From: Takakia lepidozioides
Taxonomy: Eukaryota; Plantae; Bryophyta
Direction of reading: 5' to 3'
Assembly: GCA_030704615.1 (NCBI GenBank)
Contig: CM060731.1
Location: 72,912,001 to 72,976,000 of the forward strand
Length of the DNA: 64,000 bases
Part shown: in pieces, positions 39,074 to 52,890 of the stretch
Numbering within the stretch: position 1 is the stretch's first letter
Layout: the number at the start of each line of letters is the position of its first letter
The notes under the pieces: model-generated
The model's input: only the letters and a program-made list of their open reading frames with translations
Told to the model about the DNA's origin: nothing
Database searches by the model: none
Made by a program: the position numbers and the translations under genes

Positions 39074-40999
39074 GCAAGCTTTTGGGAGCCTGGCAATGCG
39101 CATACCTACTTGGACGACCACATTTAAAAAACTAAGAATAAAAATGAAGATAAAAGGGGAGGAAGCCCTGTAGCTCACAATCAGTCAACAGTTTTGCTCC
39201 CTCGGGCTTGCGAAAACTTCATCTCTCTATGTACGAATACAGGTCCCATGTCATTGCACAGTTTTGGGTGGACTTCAGCTACTGGAACATCGTCTTGTGA
39301 GGAGCTTGCCCAGGGACTGGGGGCATGGCCTGCACCACTTTTTTCATCTAGAATACTGCAGGCTGTGCATGACTTGTGTTTATCTCCGCCAACAGCCATC
39401 GGAAATACAAATCTTCTGGGCGAGGGGTATCAGTGTCAGCCAAACCTTGCAGAGCTGCAAAAGAGATGATAGAGTTCGTCTCTTGTACACAATGCTTGCT
39501 TGGGCAAGCCTCCTTGGGGGCAAGCATGCCAGCACCTTTTCAGATATATATACACAGGCACCAACGCCCGGCCTTTGGGTATGTACTACCGACGGTGTGA
39601 TCATTAGTGCCTCAAAGTGTAGTATTGCTCGTCTTCTTCTGCTTGATAGCTCTAGATAACCCCACAAGTGACATCGGAGTCAGGCTCTAAAGGATCAAAC
39701 CTGCGTAACTGGAAACGCAAGGGTGACAGTTCTGGAAATTTGAGTGAGACAAAGTCTTTAGTACGAGTGTTGGGGTAGGAGATATTGCCTTGTAGGCTTG
39801 TGCCCCGCACAAAAGGACGGGGAGGCAGAGAAGAATGAAGAAATTCTTGACCTACGGAAGGCCCAAATTAAGAGAGACAGACACCATGGGGTGCCATAGT
39901 CTTTTCCCTAAAAAAAAACAAAAGAAGGTTGACACAAGCACCACATCAGGGAAGCAATCTGGTGAACCATAGATTTTTGACAGACGGTTCAGTTCTTCCC
40001 TGCTGTACTAGTGCCTCTCAACTTCCTACTCTAAGTACAGAGCATTCAGATCTGGACTAAGTTACGATTGTTGTTTCCAGTACGGCCTCTACGTGCACAC
40101 TAATTTGGAGACAAGATTATCTGGATTGTTTGAATCTCACCAAATTATTCGTGTCACAATGTGGTAACTCCAAGTACCGCTACTGGTACACTCACTCCAT
40201 TGAAGGAGCATCCATCAAGCCTGTGAATCTTTGACGAGTATGCATATCCTGGTGGAAACAGACATGCTCAGGTAAGAATACACTGAACAATGTATGAGGT
40301 AGATATTGTCTTCAGACTACCCACACATCGGGCAATGACAATCCCTTTTCCTCTCTGCATCTATTTGGTGTTCAAAGGTAGACTCCCTGCCCTGATTGTA
40401 AATTCAGTCTAGTGCCAAGGGTAGAAAGACCCTTCCAGTCACCCTTGAGAGCCTCGCCCATGTCACAAACTGAGAACAAGTTCAGGGAAGATGTATGTCT
40501 AAATTCAATTTCATCAGAACTTCTTTGGGCTTCAGAACATGGCTTTAGACACGACAGTCACCAGGTTAGCTCCCTATAGAAGGCTTCTACTGGTCTAATA
40601 TCCGGGTACCGGAGTTACTAGGAAGATTATAGGATGTAAGCGACCATAAGAAGCCTGCTTGTGAGTCGAGGAAGAGTCCATTCGAAAATTTCTCTCAAAG
40701 TCAGCGAGGTACAGGCAGAATGAGGATTACCACCCTGCAGTTCAATCTGTCTCTAGGATCCGTTTGGTGCAGCTCAACAGAATCATGTTGAGAATGGCAC
40801 GCACTTATACTGCATGAAGCTTGAGATATCGATCAACGTTTCAACATATAAAGAGTGAAACATAGGCAGTGGCGACATAGCAAGCTCGCATAGCTGCAAT
40901 TTGGTGATGGTGATTCCGGTTCCGCTCACTTGGTGGAACCCTGATTTTCTCATGTTTCCAGATGATGAGAGGGGGTGTGCTCTGCACAAAATGCGTCCT

Positions 41000-41500
41000 C
41001 TTCTCCAGACAAACAACCACAAAACTCTCATCTATTTGCAGAAGTTGAGGCCTTCGCTGTAGCTATACTCTGAAAAGTAATCTGATTTGCCCTGCCCATA
41101 GAGAGTTCGGAGGTTGCACCATAAGCTACAACACTATTCATCTCTACGCTTAGGAACTGCACGCGTTGTGTGTGGGAGTACTCGGAGGGCGTACAGGAGA
41201 GCAGCATGAGCCACCATTACACGGATGGACTTCACACATATTCTAGCTGCAGATAGTCTAGCCCATGGCTCTGGGTTTTGACTGGATACATGTACAAAAG
41301 CGGGAGTGATTCAAGCCCTTCAAGATTGGAAGCCAGTATTTGCTGCTCTATACTTCCCAAGAATATGATCTAGTAATTGGTGGGTACCTGCACAAGAAAA
41401 CAAGGAAACTCGGTTACATGCTGACTGTCAGTTCAAAAACCATGAATATGCACCGCGATGTAATCTTCATCCTCACCCGACCGTGGCGAACTTCTACCTA
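41000..41500 (+). mobile_element. Highly degenerate Ty1/Copia integrase remnant
   Basis: LVIGGY..KLGYML..SKTMNMHRDVIF resembles the Copia FxGY..KGYR..SRDVxF segment. Confidence 0.4.
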
Positions 41501-42259
41501 CATTCAAAATAGGAAGCATCAAGACCCTTTGCAGATATAAATATGATATGGAACCAACCAATTTCACGCTTCCTCTTCCCTGCCAGTTCTCTATCTCGAC
41601 ATTGAGGGAGATGTGAAGGGTCTCAAAGGTAAGGTGGGCATACTTTGGAGGGTTGTCATCTGAGAAACAAGGTGGAAGGCACTCCATCACAAAGTCAAAA
41701 TTTGGCTCAAAGAAAAATGGGATCTGCAAACCCATACAGAAAGTCAGATTTCCTTCAGAGCTTTGGGTTAATGCACAACCTTTCTACCTACAGCTCATCA
41801 ATGGCACATTACATTTCCTCATAGTGACATCATGAAGCTCAAAAAGCCTTCACCTCTAAGGACGGGGTTGATGTCATGAGTCATGACATCATCTAAGCAG
41901 CGACATTCATAGACATACACCTTTAAAATTTAGCCGAAGGAGCGGGGTGCCAGGAAAAATGGGGCGATTCCAGCCAAAAGTGAACAGGATTGAAAGCAGA
42001 TAACCCGTATATTTCTAAAGATGCATGCCCAGGGGAGTTGAGCTGCCGTCTTGGTGAGGTCTGTGGACGTCATATCGATGCATGCCAGATGGCCCATTGG
42101 GATTGACAAGTACAGGTCTCAACAACCAAAAAAAGGACATGATGTAACTCACAAGTGAGAGGTTTGATCAGACAAAGGAGTGCGAACGAAAGAGCAGTGC
42201 TTTCAATGTATGAATGCATGTCTATACGATCACACATATAAGCTTTTTAGCATGGGTTC

Positions 42260-42727
42260 TCAGGTCAAATCTTCAATTCGCCCCCCAAGCCTGTCCTTTG
42301 TTTTGGAAACGTGTGTTAAAAGTGTGTTGAAAGTGTGTTGAAAGTAAGAGGAGAAGCCCAGATAGGGCATAGTTATCTTCATCGGGTGTTTCCTTTGACT
42401 CTTTCTATCTTCAGCTTGTCTGTTACATGTCATGGTATTCCTGATAATCTTGAAGCTGAACAGAGTGGTCAGACCGGTACCTTTGATCTCCCCTAATCTC
42501 TTCCATGCTAGTGGATTCAAGTCAGCTCTCAGCCTGAAGAATATCCCTGTTAGTTCGCTCTTGACTTGCCAAAGAGGCCACACCAGCAGAGAGCAATGGA
42601 CCTCATCCTTTGTTGCCTTCTTCACCATTGTTTTAACAACAACACCGAAACACTTCACGTAAAGACTCGTCAAGTCTTTGTTACCTTGAATGAGCTTGAC
42701 ATTGTTCAAAGAATACACAATGGACAT
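42260..42727 (-). mobile_element. Possible retrotransposon gag remnant
   Basis: KLIQGNKDLTSLYVKCF resembles the gag LxQG..sv..Y..rF motif. Confidence 0.3.
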
Positions 42728-43949
42728 TAGTTATCAGACTTCCCCAACAGTACGAAGCGTCAGAGGGTGAAGCCATCGAAAGATGGGAAACCATTCTGGA
42801 AAGCAAGAAAGAGCACGCAGCAAGGGAAAAAACGATGGAGAACACGCGGGAGAACAGTGAAAAGAATAGTGCAAAGAAGACATGGTGGCGGCCAGCAAAT
42901 CGCGCGTACTAAACCCCATCTCCACCACAAAACATGCTTAGGGTTTAGATGAATCTCCTTCCTCTGGTTGCATGCATGGAAAAAGGGGGACAATGCACGG
43001 TAAAGCGGGCAACGCGATGAGGAGGGGATCAACACGAGGAGGAGCTGGAGGGATGATCTGTTACACACTATCACGTTACAGAAACACTCCTTCCATCACA
43101 AATCGTCTCTCTGAACATATACGATGTCTTCACACTACACATGAATGAACATAAAAAATACCCCCTGTTTCCATATTCCGGAGCTCCTTTTATTCAGCTG
43201 CCACATCAATTCTGAGTCATCGCCACCTGCCGAGGCGCTATCCCCAAGCAGAGAAGAGAAGGTGTAGGTGGGCCAACCATGCCATGAATCGGGATCATGC
43301 ATATTGAGCCTACCTTCTGATCCAGAGGCATCCAGTATAGGCGTCATCGATCCTGTTGGGCAGAGATGTTGATTTCACAAAGTCGCGGCCTGCAACCCAT
43401 AGTTCTTTATATGAGTATCCTTACGAGCTGGGTCCCCCGGGGCCAAATGTTTGTGAAGTGCTATGGAGCATGATAATGCAAGAGACAGCATGCATTGAAT
43501 TATATTGAATCTGCATAATGACACTGGAGGATTTTTGAGGAAGAGGAGGCATCTGCAGTACTAATTCCTTCTGCAAGGATGAAAGACTCCAAATTATCGT
43601 ATTTCAAGTCATTGACAACTCTCTAAGACTGTAGACTGAAAATTCTCCTTCTCAGTGGTTTGACCTGTAAAGTCTGAATTAGGTCGAGTTCGATTATCCA
43701 TCAGATATGAAAATTTGATGACACGACTCCATGGCCGATACTGCATGCTTTCCAGGGAAAATCTGGCCCTATTTATGTACAACACATAATTTGAAAGTGC
43801 AGTTCTTTTCTCAACTTACTACTCCTGGGGCTCCCTGAAGTTCGGGATGTTGGATACTAGTTAGATCATATTAGTTCTATATATCTGCAGGTAACTTACA
43901 GTGTAAGGGATTAGGAAAGCAGCAAGCGAAGATGGACACTCGAGCATCT

Positions 43950-44900
43950 GCAGGCTTGTACTTGTACATCAACTTTTCCATGCACATTAGGGTGGAAAGG
44001 GACCATTTCAAGTGGAGTGTAACTTCAATGCCCCCCTATGCATTTCTGGCCCGGGGATATGCTTGCGAGCTGGGCTGTCGTCGTACGATGGACAGGACCT
44101 GCTGCTAAGAACTGGTCGCGCAGATGAAAGTTGACCATGGATCGCGTATAGTCTTTTCCTAGATCTCTCTCCTATAATTGTACATCATTCTAGCCAACTT
44201 ATCTTGCATCGATGACGGGAATTCACGTGCTGCAGTTCTCAAGTTGAGGTAGATTGTATGATGGACTAGTGGTAAAGCTTACACTGTTGTACCTCAAGGC
44301 CAGGCAAACCTCTGCAGCAGCGAAACACTGAGCATGCAGCTGACCAGCTGTGAGGACTTAATTAACAGAAATCAGCTTTCTCGGCCACACAACATTAAAA
44401 ACGTTGTTGCCCGGGCGGTGCTTGTCCAGAGCGTTCATGGCTCCACCAGCGGGTTCGTACTTGTAAAGGCTCACTTTAGCTCCACTTGGTTGTTCAACGC
44501 CATGTGTAGTACCATGCATGCTGGATGCAGGAACACCGAACAAACGGAAGTCTCGGTGGCATGGCGAATTGTATGTACTCTGGATGCAAATCTCAGATCA
44601 TATTGCACCACTGTCGGGAGCCTCATGTAGGTGAGACTTTCGACTCATTTCACTCATGAATGCCCACTTTCAAAGTTCACGGCCCATAGCTATCACTTCA
44701 ATGGTTGAGAATCAGCAACGATTAGTACTTAGGTGCTCAAGGTCGATTTGTGCACACTTATTAGTCAGCTGCGAACTCGGTAGTCTCAAAGGAATCAGGA
44801 CTGGCACTCGTATTCATGGCACCTGCTCAAGGAACTTGTACACTGGGACCTGGGTCACCCCAAATTACTGATGGTCCCACCTGCTCATGCATTTCATTGT
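43950..44900 (+). mobile_element. Degenerate Ty3/Gypsy pol remnant
   Basis: Decayed GxF-W..NAP (~44000-44040), RP..KNVVARAV (~44385-44420) and GHPQ-TDG (~44853-44876) in pol order. Confidence 0.45.
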
Positions 44901-45441
44901 CGTTGGTACACAGTTCAAATCTGGTCCACCTTTGGACAGTATCTTTACTGTCACAGCAGGCGTTCAGCACTCTCTTTTCAACCTTACAATCAGCAGCTCA
45001 GGTAGTTAATGCTACATGCAGAGTTGTGGCCCAGCTTAAAGTTAGCATCTCTGACAAAAAACATCACTTGGTATGTATCGGGAACTTTGGGAACAACATG
45101 GTACATGTGTTAGATACCTATTATGGACCCGCTCATCTGAGAATGAAATTGTCCACACAACAGAGCAATTGCATAGTGCATCTATGCAATTTCCGAGTTA
45201 TTTCCAGACCGCAGGCCATGACATAGGGTTGTTCTCGCTTTGATGGATGCATGGGTCCAAACTTCCAGGATCGCGCTCGAATTTTCCAGAACACAAGGAG
45301 AGATCTAGGATTTGGAGATGATGCACCAGGAGAAATTGCTACACTTTTCATATGATTGTGGCATGAGATGCTCAGGTAGACCATCGGCCAAACGGGCGTC
45401 ATAATGGCGACTTAGGATAGACGCTTCAGGGTAGACTGAAC

Positions 45442-46256
45442 CAGCGTCCGGGAAATAATTTGAGTTGAACCAGCCAGTAGCCGCTCATTCCCAGCAGCAA
45501 TCGGCTAAGTGGGTTGGGCAGTCGGTTGCTGCCCCTTAGTGGTAACTATACCCGGTCAATTTCCGGGATAAATTCCTTACAACCGGTAATATTCCTAATG
45601 ATTTATTTTGTGTTCAGCTATAAATCCGGCCCTTATAAATATCAACTGGTTGACAACACAAGTGTCAAATGCACAACAATAAGTAAATAATAATAATAAA
45701 AAATAATCACAACCAGTTTTAAGCAATTCAAACAAGTGAAGAACATTGTATCCTTATAGAAGTTGGACCTGTCAATGCCTTCAAACCACATGGAGGCCAA
45801 GAATTGAACCCGCGTGGACAGGTGAGCTGTGATAGCAGGCAGCGAGTGCAAGCAGGCGTGGGGCTGGGGCTGCGAGAGCAACGTCCAGACTTAGTAGGGT
45901 TTGCCCGCGGGCCCGCCCTCTTTGAGTTCAATATTTTTTCACCTAAACGCCCTTCCTTGGATGTAACCCGGCCTGGCACGTTGGATTTCTGCCATGTGGT
46001 GGACTTCGACGGCCATTTCCGTTTTTTGTAATATAAGAAGGGCCGGAATCCGTCCAGGCCTTGCCAACTAAGGCAGATTTCCTGTCTGTAATGAAATGGA
46101 AAGGCAAATATCCTTCCTAAAAGTAGGGCACCCGGTTGATTCCGCTTCGGCCATTTTTTCCCTCGGATCCATTTCCTGAGGTTTCATATTTCATTCGGAA
46201 ATTCTGGAATTCAGTCGGCTAGCATGTAACTGGCTGCCGGTTCTCCCCGGACGTTG
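45442..46256. mobile_element. Non-autonomous hAT element (MITE), copy 1
   Basis: TIRs CAGCGTCCGGG / CCCGGACGTTG; perfect 8-bp TSD GACTGAAC (45434-45441 and 46257-46264). Confidence 0.92.
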
Positions 46257-48864
46257 GACTGAACGATTGGGAGGGTGGAGTCTGGAGTCTGGACATGGCT
46301 CGATGGTCGAGAAAATGTTGTGCTGAAGAGACATCCATTTGAACAGGTCCTTTCAGTGTGAGGTTCCGCATGGCTGCAGGCTGTCTTAAGCCACAATCAT
46401 CCTGCAGCCCTCCGCCAAGTGTCATACGTTCCAAGCTACCTTGGCCCTTTCAAGGGCCTTTCATCAGTGTTAATAATTTGTTGTGCGCTGTGGGCCCAGG
46501 CCCCAGAGGAACTGTGGATCCGGGTACTTCGGCATTGGACATCGGACCCACCTCCATCGTAGCCCATCTAAATACGATGCCCGGGCGTATGAACTTGGCC
46601 TGGGGAAGTAGGGGTCCGGTCAAAGACAGAGCTTACCCAGTTGATCTTCAGAAGGCTCCATTCGCAAGTGTACTCTGAAATCGAATTCAGGGTCTTACTT
46701 CTAGATTTGCTAGTACAACTTGCAAGTTACTTGCTAACTTGTCCCATAGGCACTATAGTCTGGCTAGTATCAAAGTGGAGCGGGGTGAAAGTCCAAGTCT
46801 GCTTACGCGTACCTTGGGGTTTATTATGCTTGAACATCGGCCGATGCGACACTGCAAACGTGGCTTGAACAGAATCTCGACTGGGATCCTGGTGTAACAA
46901 AAACTCAACACTGGACTCGGCCGCACTCTTGCTCAGTGCTGGCCAATTGAAAATTTTCGATGGTAGATAGCTATGGAAAAGGAGTGATCGAAACCAAAGC
47001 TAGCCCACGTGTATCTTCAGTTGACCGAGGAGATTTGAGCTTTACTTAGTGTAGATAAAACAGCTTGGTATCTATGGTTGGAAGGTTGAACTGCCGTCCA
47101 GAGTATGCACGACCCCTTGAGAAAGGGGATTCCCCTCCTTCTTTACATCCCTCGAGATATGTTTGCTACCGACGAAGTGGCCCACCCAGCAATGAGTATC
47201 CGAAATCAGGAGACTTTGCTTCCAGTAATTAGTTCCCACAATGTGGGGGATGTGCACATGTGCCTAGATTTTGCAGCCTATGCAATCTGCAAATACAGCT
47301 GATAAACTTAACAAGATAAAATTCTCAATAAAAAGCTGATTGGAGTACAGGCTGCGGGTCAGATACTAATAGTTCTAGGTCTTTTAATGGGCCCAGTTTT
47401 AAGACTCGCAGACAAAAGATGCAATAGTGCTGCTATGGTTTTCTCCCTCGGCCCCTCACCCCTCTCTTTGACTGTTGGCACTTCAACCAGTCCAAGGTAG
47501 CTTCTGACATAATTAAGTACTCGTTACCTCGCCCAGTATCTCATAGTCTGGGGGAGCTCCGCCTTCCAAGTCCAGTTTCTCAAACGTTCAGCTTATAATC
47601 TCGACAGTCTCGTCTTCGTTCTTCAACTTTGCCTGGACGTTGACGTGCAGCACTTGAGTCTGAAGTTTATGAGCATGCGTCACCTGTAAAGTTCTTTAAT
47701 CTCTTGAATTCTGCATGCCGAATCTTGCATAGATCTAGATATCACTCTGTGAAGAGATCGAGCATGTACAGTCAATATGACTCTCTTATTAAAGGCCGCT
47801 CATAAGTTGGGCCTCAGTCGCTCAGCAGGCAATCCTAGAACTTTGAATGTAGATGTATCCGAAGTTAGCTTGTTGCTCTTTGACGCTGAGGCTTGAAGCT
47901 TGAAGGTTTTATATATTTGGATCCGGCTCGTTCATGCAGTATAAGCTAGATCTTGAGGCTCTCTGTCAAACTATGTTACAACAACGTGTAGAAAGGGAGG
48001 TTGCTGGCACTTCAATACTAGCTACGTACAGGTTCAAAACTCGAAACAAGAGCGCTGCAGATGGCCAGGTGGCTGGTGGGACTACCGAAACTTACACCGA
48101 ATTCATACATGAACCTCGGAGGCTCAGCCTCCGCAGCTGAAAGAGTTGTCCTTAGAATTTTTCATGATGCGAAATCTTGATCTCTAGAGGCTTGATCTTA
48201 AATTCGTTTCTTTAACTTGAATTAGAAATGTCAACTGTGTGTCCTCTGCAAGTGCACACACGACGTAACTTGCACAGTATTAAAAAAAACTCGTCAATCG
48301 TGTAGGCAAGTGGATCTGAACGTTGCGTGGCATACCTTGCAACTCGACTGTTTTCACCATAAGAGATAGCGATGTAGAGCACTGGGAAAATGGCAGGGGA
48401 TCTCACATGTGAAGAAATGTCAGGCCATGTTTCAACCCGTTGTATGACTTCCGCGTGACATGATCGAGGTGGATGCAGAAACAGCACACGGTCGTACATT
48501 GAGAGATGAATTTTCCGCGACATTGTAACAGTGTTCACGCACATGAATTTGCTAGAGACTATTCCGGTTCAAGACAGACACCAGATAGCTACAACTGACA
48601 CTTTCACAGGTAGACATTCATATCATGTGCAACCTTGACAAAGACAGTCTCATCATCTGTGTAAACAGTTGATAATACTGAGCCCGGCGATTACTAGAAA
48701 ATCTGAGCGAGACAAAACCCTGGCTGACCTCAAAATCAATTTTTTGTTCTGAGCCTGATATATCTAGATCGATCGAGTTTTTCAAACTACTCGGCATGTT
48801 GTTATAGCTCAGGCGTTGGAACGGGGCTCTGCTGTTGGGTAATTGATGAGCCACGACGTCTGAC

Positions 48865-51417
48865 ATGGACAAATTTCTGTCGAACTTGGCGGACATTTCT
48901 GGGCAGATTGGGAGTCTGAATTCCAGTGGCAGCTCAACAAGTCCGACCCTGCACTCAGATGACAGGTCCATCTTTACTGACGACTTGAACCAAGAAACAG
49001 GCAGATCATGTCAACTGGAGTCTTCCCCCGCTGCAGCAGGATCAAGCGAGTCTGGAGCGGGATTCACAGCTTATATTGGGCGTGGGTTAGACAGTCAGAT
49101 GTTTGAGCAAGGAGGAGGAAGGCTTTATCCAGGTTCACAGGAGTGGGATGGTTCCAGTCCAGGGAAACGAACAGCTGCAATAGTCGAGATAGACCGTTGC
49201 ATGCTTGCAGAATTCACCAATTTGCCTGAGCCATTTGGTTCTGGCTCTGCAGGGTCTTCAAGCGTAAGGCGCCATTGGGCACCTAATCTGCTGCTTGAAT
49301 GTGCTAAGGCAGTTGTTGCAAACGAAACTCCTCGGGTCCAAAATCTGATGTGGGTTCTGAACGAACTTGCTTCCCCTTATGGAGACTGTGACCAGAGACT
49401 GGCGTCGTCATTTTTGCAGGTACTCTTCTGCAAGATCACAGGCTCAGGTTCACGTTGTCATCGCATTCTGTGTGCAGCTGCTGAGAAGAGCTACTCCTTC
49501 GATTCCATGCGCAAAATGATTCTCATGTTCCAGGTACATTGGCGTTAACAATTTTCGAGCTTCCAAAGTAGCGCTATCGTCTCCTTCTACAACACATGTT
49601 TACTCTATACTTTTAACAGTTCGGACTTTCATCAGGATTTGCCAACTAGAAAGTCCGTCTGCTACGGGCGTCGGTTGAAGTATAGGTGCACGTTACAAAC
49701 AGCGACAAAATCATTCAAGTGCTCACAAGTTAGTTGACTTGTTTCTATTGCGAGAGCAGGAGGCGAGCCCCTGGACAACATTCGGCCATGTAGCAGCCAA
49801 CGGAGCGATCATGGAGGCCTTTGAGGGGGAAATGAAGGTGCACATTGTGGACATTAATACCACCTTCTGCACCCAGTGGCCCACGCTGTTGGAAGCCCTT
49901 GCAACCAGAGCGGATGGCGCTCCGCACTTTCGGCTCACTACCATCATCATCTCCGAAGAGGAATGCGCTATCAAAGTCGTAAATCAGATCATGACAAGGT
50001 TGGAGAGGTTCGCAAAACTCATGGGCGTGCCCTATGAGTTCCACGTGATCCAGCAGCCGCAACTGGAGAAACTAGAGGTTCCTTTGCTTAAGCTGAGGCA
50101 TGACGAAGCTCTGGCCATTAACTGTATTCATACTCTGCACCAAGTGCCAGACCATAGCGCTACGGGTGCCCAGTATAGTCCTCGCGACGTTATTCTCTGC
50201 ACTTTCAAAAACACAAACCCCAAGGTAAACCTGCCCCCCTGGAGCACTTGAGCAGCTCCTTCATTTCTTTGTGACAGAATTGGTGGCTGGTGTTAACTGG
50301 GATCAGGAAAATTTGTGCTCAGGATCCTGCAGCTTTCATTTCATCGTAAAATTATCAGCTTAGGTAAATTGGACTAAATGTATATCAACTCGTACATGGC
50401 TTCATGATGTCTTTCAAGATCTGCCCCAGAAACACAGTATGAATTTTTTCTTTGAGGAAACTGTAACACAAATCGATATAGGAGGGAGCTCCAAAATTCT
50501 GTTGATACCAGCTCGTTTCAAATTTCATGACTTGCACATGGATTGATATAGGATTCTGCCTGTTTCCTCCAAGATTGTGACCATTGTGGAGGACGAAGTC
50601 GACCTGCTGTCGCCGGATTTCCTGACAAGCTTCTGCGAGGCCCTTCGTTTCTATTCTATTCTCTTTGAATCCCTCGAAGAGAGCTTCCCGCGAGCCAGCA
50701 ACGAGCGCCTGATGCTTGAGCGAGCAGGCGCCCGGAATATGGTCAATTTACTTGCTTGTGATCCCTTGGATAGCTCTGAAAGGAGGGAAAAGGGGTCACA
50801 GTGGGGGCTTCGCCTCCTAAGAGTTGGTCTGAAGCCGACGTCTTTCAGCGACGATACTGTCGATGACGTTCGCTCGCTTCTCAAAAGGTAATTATACATA
50901 GTGGGTTTCTCACCTGCTCCAGGCTTAGTCTGAGGTTTGCAAGCATCGACTGTCAGCATGCTACAAGAGATCCATACTTCAACTCCCACCGCCCTCCCAC
51001 AAATCCAACTGGACTGCTCAAGAATGGATTACTGTCCTGAACTAACTTGTAGCTTCACCATGCACGACTCCAATCAAAACCCATTACAATGTCAGATCCC
51101 ATCATCCGCGTGTACTCAGCCACGCACTATCTGATCTGAATCAGATTCCACGACATCCTGTCAAAGTATGTGACCAACTGCAGATCGTTTGTCCACAGAC
51201 TCTGCTACATCAACTTGTATGTACTGTTGACTTTGAGACCTCTGTAGACCTTGAATTAGTAAAGAGATGCCTGGCAAGTGTGCCTGATCAAGTTGTCGAT
51301 TTTTGTTGCACTGATGTATACAGACACAAGGAAGGGTGGGGGCTCGCCCGCGAGGAGAGTGGCCTATTTCTGACATGGAAGGATCGGTTAGCCATCCACG
51401 CTTCTGCTTGGAAATGA
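48865..51417 (+). CDS. SHR: GRAS transcription factor, SHORT-ROOT clade, 4 exons
   Basis: Exons 48865-49533, 49760-50224, 50574-50887, 51324-51417; WVLNELASPYGDCDQRLAS, FQEASPWTTFGHVAANGAI, VHIVD..TFCTQWPTLLEALATR, SNERLMLER and terminal ASAWK. Confidence 0.92.
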
Positions 51418-52137
51418 TCCACCATCACCAAATTTATCTCCTTCCTGATGCAGCACTGGGAGCACTGTGAACTAGACAGTCAAAGAAGAGATCTCAGCTG
51501 TCTAAATTCTGTAGACATATCAATCAAACAAACCCAACTCTTGTTTATGATTTCATACCTAGTTCTAATTCTGAGATGTACTGTATTAGAGTTGTGATTG
51601 AATGATTGGTTGAATGGGAATCTAGATATAGATATGAGCATTTACAGGCATTTAATAGTAATTGAATTAATTGTCATCTACCATGCCAAGCTAGGCTGTC
51701 CATCGGATTTTCACTGCACATCTGCGCAACAGGGATCTACTGGCAACTACTCGTATTCAAAACAAGAAGAGAGCTCGATAGTGCCAAGAGTGGCTAGCTA
51801 ACTAAAACTAGCATAACTAGGTGAGGAGAAACTTACGTAAGATAATAGCAAGTAGCTCAGATGCTTGAACTGGTGAACTGACTAACTGACTAGTCATAAT
51901 ATTCAACATCATGTACTTGTAATCCATTTGTTGTGAATGGTATTGAAAAAATGTTCTCAAGAAAGGACCAATACCACCTTTCTCATCACACCAAGAGCCA
52001 TACCAACTTAAAACCACCATTCAGTAGCTCAGTTGGATATAGTGCACTGAGTGCCACCCAAATGACTATGGGGTCAAATCCTGCTACATTGTCGGGTGTG
52101 GTATGTTCTTCTCTCCCTTCCTTTGGGCGGTCTCCCA

Positions 52138-52452
52138 TGTTAGAATTGAGCTCCGATACCATGTTAGAATTGAGCAAGGACATGAACAAGAACTAAAGTC
52201 TTAGACTAAAGCTAAAACTAAAGCTCTCCTCCCAACCATAGAAGCCACCATCGTACTCTTACACTTAGACTAGTGGCTTCACCCCGAGCTTGTACAAGAA
52301 GGTATCTAGAAAGTCCTACTTGGTCACTTCCACTATGGTGACCATCCACCTTCTAGCCATTCACCTCCAAAGGTGAGTTAAACAAGATAGACTTCTAAAC
52401 CTTTGGCCTTCAAGACTCTTAGTCTTCTAAATATGTTTAATTACTTCCAACA
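52138..52452 (-). mobile_element. Collapsed LTR retrotransposon: one 291-bp LTR + PBS + 14-bp stub of the other LTR
   Basis: TSD TCCCA at 52133-52137 and 52453-52457; LTR 52162-52452 (TGTTAGAA...TTCCAACA); PBS TGGTATCGGAGC on the minus strand (52150-52161); TGTTAGAATTGAGC repeated at 52138. Confidence 0.85.
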
Positions 52453-52466
52453 TCCCATGAGCTTGG

Positions 52467-52890
52467 TTTTTTTTTTTTTTTTTTTTTTTTTGGTGAGAGA
52501 CCTAAGAATTTATTCACGAGGAAAAAATAACCTCTCACGGAGGCTGATGAAAGGGACGCCGCCCCATAACTAGATAAAGTGAAGATTTAAATCCCTAGAA
52601 AAATCCAAGGCCTTCCGTAGGATAGGTAATGCATGCTATGGAGGTCAGGGGACTACGCGCTTCCGAGAGGAAGGCTCGAAGCATAGCTGTGCTTTGGACT
52701 TCCCCTTTCTAAAACTTCTGCGATGACGGTAATTAGTATCTGAATCCTCCTCTTCGACAAGTGAGAGGCAGTGCTCATGGAGCTACCAACCTTGTGGGAG
52801 GGTGTCATTCCACCTCAATGTGGAATCCGAGATTCTCCTACATAGTCGACCACCTTTTGCCCAAGTGATATCAAAACCAGAGAGTAGCTA
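52467..52890 (-). mobile_element. 3' end of a poly(A)-tailed retroposon (5'-truncated LINE-like)
   Basis: T25 at 52467-52491, with AATAAA on the minus strand ~20 nt before the tail. 5' boundary and TSD not resolved. Confidence 0.55.

Noticed and set aside
46300-47300. Additional integrase remnant (THCWVGHFVG)
   Set aside because: Similarity to the integrase zinc-binding region is too weak to call by eye.
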